A stretch of DNA of 64,000 nt, from NCBI GenBank assembly GCA_030390025.1, contig CM059432.1, forward strand, positions 56,112,001-56,176,000, in the 5' to 3' direction. Source of the DNA: Squalus acanthias. Lineage: Eukaryota. Below, piece by piece: positions 61,195 through 64,000 of this stretch. Position 1 is the first letter of the stretch; each line of letters begins with the position of its first letter. Both the position numbers and the translations under genes were made by a program. The notes below the pieces were generated by a model, which was not told the origin of the DNA, did not search any database, and was given only the letters and a program-made list of their open reading frames with translations.

Positions 61195-64000
61195 AACATA
61201 AGAAATAGGAGCAGGCCCTTTGAGCCTGCTCTGCCATTCAATGACATCATGGCTGATCTTCTGCCTCAACTCCATTCACCGGCCCTATCGCCATATCCCT
61301 TGATTCCCTTACTAGTCAGAAATCTATCAACTTCCGTTTTGAATATACCCAATGACTGAGCCTCCACAGCCCTCTGGGGTAGAGAATTCCAAAGATTCAC
61401 CACCCTCTGTGTGAAGAAATTTCTTCTCATCTCAGTCCTGAATGGCCTACCCTTTATCTTGAGGCTGTGGCCCCTGGTTCTAGACTCCCCAGCTAAGGGA
61501 AACATTCTCCCAGCATCCATCCTATCAAGCCCTGTAATAATTTTGTATGCTTCAATGAGATCCCCTCTCATTCTTCTGAATTCAAGGGAATACAGGCCTA
61601 GTTTACTCAATCTCTTCTCATACGACAGTCCCGCCATCCCAGGAATCAATCTCATGAACCTTCGTTGCACTCCGAATATGGCAAGTATATCCTTCCTTGG
61701 GTAAGGAGACCAAAATTGTACACAATACTCCAGGTGTGGACTCACCAAAGGCCCTATATAATTGGAGTAAGACTTCTTTACTCTTGTACTCAAATCCTCT
61801 TGTAATGAAGGCCAGCATACCATTTGCCTTCCTAATGGCTTGCTGCACCTGCACATTCACTTTCAGTGACTCATGTACAAAGACACCCAGGTCCCTTTGA
61901 GCATCTGCATTCCCCAATCTTTCACCATTTAGGAAATACTCTGCCTTTCTGTTTTTTCTACCAAGTGGATAACTTCACATTTATCCACATTATATTCCAT
62001 CTGCCATGTTCTCGCCCACTCACTGAGCCTGTCGAGATCCCCTTGAAGCCTCTTCACATCCTCTTCACAACTGACACTGCCACCTAGCTTTGTATCATCA
62101 GCAAATTTGGAAATGTTACATTTAGTCCGCTCATCCAAATCATTGATATAGATTGTGAATAGCTGGGGCCCAAGCACCGATCCTTGCTGTACCCCACTAG
62201 TCACAGCCTGCCATCCTGAAAAAGACCCGTTTATCCCTACTCTTTGTTTTCTGTCTGTTAACCAATTCTCAATCCATGCTAGTATATTACCCCCAATTCC
62301 ATGTGCCCTAATCCTGTTCACCAACCTCTTGTGTGGGACCTTATCGAAGGCCTTCTGAAAATCCAGATACACCACATCTACCAGTTCCCCCCTGTCTACT
62401 CCACTAGTTACATCCTCAAAGAACTCCAATAGGTTTGTCAAACAGGATTTCCCTTTCATAAATCCATGTTGACTCTGCCCAATCTTACTATTAGTTTCTA
62501 AGGGGGAAAAATTCAGTTGGTTGCGCCTCCCGTTAGCGCCTTAAGAGGGCGCTAATGGGGCGCAAAGCATCGAGCGCCCAGGCGCAGCGAAGCTTGCGCC
62601 CAGGCGCAGCGAAGCTTGCGCCGCTCGCGAAATTAACTAGACATTTTGCGGCGGCGCTAAACACTACCGCCACGATCTCCTGCGCCGGCAGATCATGACG
62701 TCACTCGAGTGCGCAACGCCCCGGTATCGCCCCGGAGTGGATATTGAGTGGCGCCCCCTGCCTTACCGCCTGACGCTAGCAACGACAGGTTGAGGGGAGC
62801 GTTCTGCAGTCATGAAGGGAAAGGGGGAGCGCTATTTAAAGGTGACCGCTTCCTGCCTTTTATTGTTGGTGCCATTTTTGAACTACGCATTCTGAGAGAG
62901 AGAGGGAGAGACTTCTGGAGAGATTCAACGTTGTGTGAAGTAGTTTTGGGTACTGAGCAGCACTTTGCAGGTTCATTTTGATTTGCCATTCCTTGTATCG
63001 ATTTAGCAGAGACTGTGGGGGCTGCACTCTGAGCTCTTGGCCTGGTACTCTCCATTGTTCTTTCCAGCACATTTGATGTGCAAGTCTCTCCAGGCTGAGA
63101 TTCAAGGCTGCAATGAGCAGGATGTGGATGGAAAGCAAGATTAACCATCCCCTTTAAGAACTGGCCCGTGCCATTGTGTGTGTGTTCCATTGCTGACTGA
63201 CATTACATGAGCTTCGCCAGCGCTCTGAGGTAGCGCCTCGCTCCTCGGCCTTTGCGCCTTAAGACAGGTGTGAAGCGCCTGATATAGCGCTGCAATCACC
63301 TCCAGGGGCGATAAAAGTCAAGTTTGCAGTCGGTGGCGATAATTAGCGCCAGGCGCTAATCTTTGCGCCCGGCCGATAATTGCGCCCCAAATGGGGCGAT
63401 ACTGAATTTCTCCCCCTAAGTGTCCAGTTATTGCATCCTCTATAATAGATTCCAGCATTTTCCCAACTACTGATGTGAGGCTAACAGGTCTGTAGTTCCC
63501 CGTTTTCTCTCTCCCTCCTTTCTTAAATAGCGGGGTTACATTTGCTATCCTCCAAGCTGCAGGAACCGTTCCAGAATCTATCGAATTTTGGAAGATGACA
63601 ACCAATGCGTCCACTATCCCAATGGCCACCTCTTTCAAAACCCTAGGATGTAGGTCATCCGGTCCTTGGGATTTATCGACTTTTAGTCCCATTAAATTTG
63701 CTAGTACTGGTTTGTTTACTAATAATAATTTCTTTAAGTTCCTTATTCTCGCCACACCCTTGGTTTTCTCGTATTTCTGGGAGGTTTTTTGTGTCTTCCT
63801 CCATGAAGACAGAAACAAAGTATTTATTTAATTTCTCAGCCATTTCCTCATTCCCCATTATAAATTCTCCCGTCTCTGACTGTAAAGGACCTACGTTTAC
63901 CTTTGCCAGTCTTTTCCTTTTCACATACCTAGAGAAGCTTTTACAATCCGTTTTTATATTTTTCGTTAGTTTGTGCTCATATTCCATTTTCCCTTTCTAT
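61195..64000 (-). mobile_element. CR1 LINE, runs off the window, interrupted by MITE family A
   Basis: RT ORFs 61929-62459, 63318-63818, 63673-63987. Confidence 0.93.
62502..63416. mobile_element. Non-autonomous PIF/Harbinger MITE, family A, copy 2
   Basis: Same 16-bp TIR as 14512-15362; TAA TSD at 62499-62501 and 63417-63419. Confidence 0.92.

Noticed and set aside
57216..64000. Further upstream THOC1 exons
   Set aside because: No segment with THOC1-like translation and splice sites was found; the region is mostly CR1, SINE and MITE

Overview
Vertebrate genomic DNA, most likely a cartilaginous fish (inferred from HE1-type V-SINEs, Deu-domain SINEs and abundant CR1/L2 LINEs). The window holds the last 2 coding exons of USP14 (+ strand, stop at 8104) and the last 14 coding exons of THOC1 (- strand, 57215 down to the stop at 19796), arranged tail-to-tail. 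All splice junctions are GT-AG with consistent phases. Most of the rest is transposon-derived. The most notable items are: (1) three short Penelope-like insertions with 11-12 bp TSDs, two carrying intact minimal hammerhead-ribozyme motifs, both antisense to the host gene; (2) a fossil PIF/Harbinger transposase just 3' of USP14, plus several families of CpG-rich Harbinger-type MITEs with 3-bp TSDs, subterminal hairpins and CRE/NRF1-like motifs; (3) TA-flanked pogo/Tigger-type MITEs, a probable solo LTR, an ancient ~370-bp palindrome, a 34-bp minisatellite and multi-level nested insertions. All homology calls are from recognition of motifs, not database searches, and TE boundaries without TSDs are approximate.
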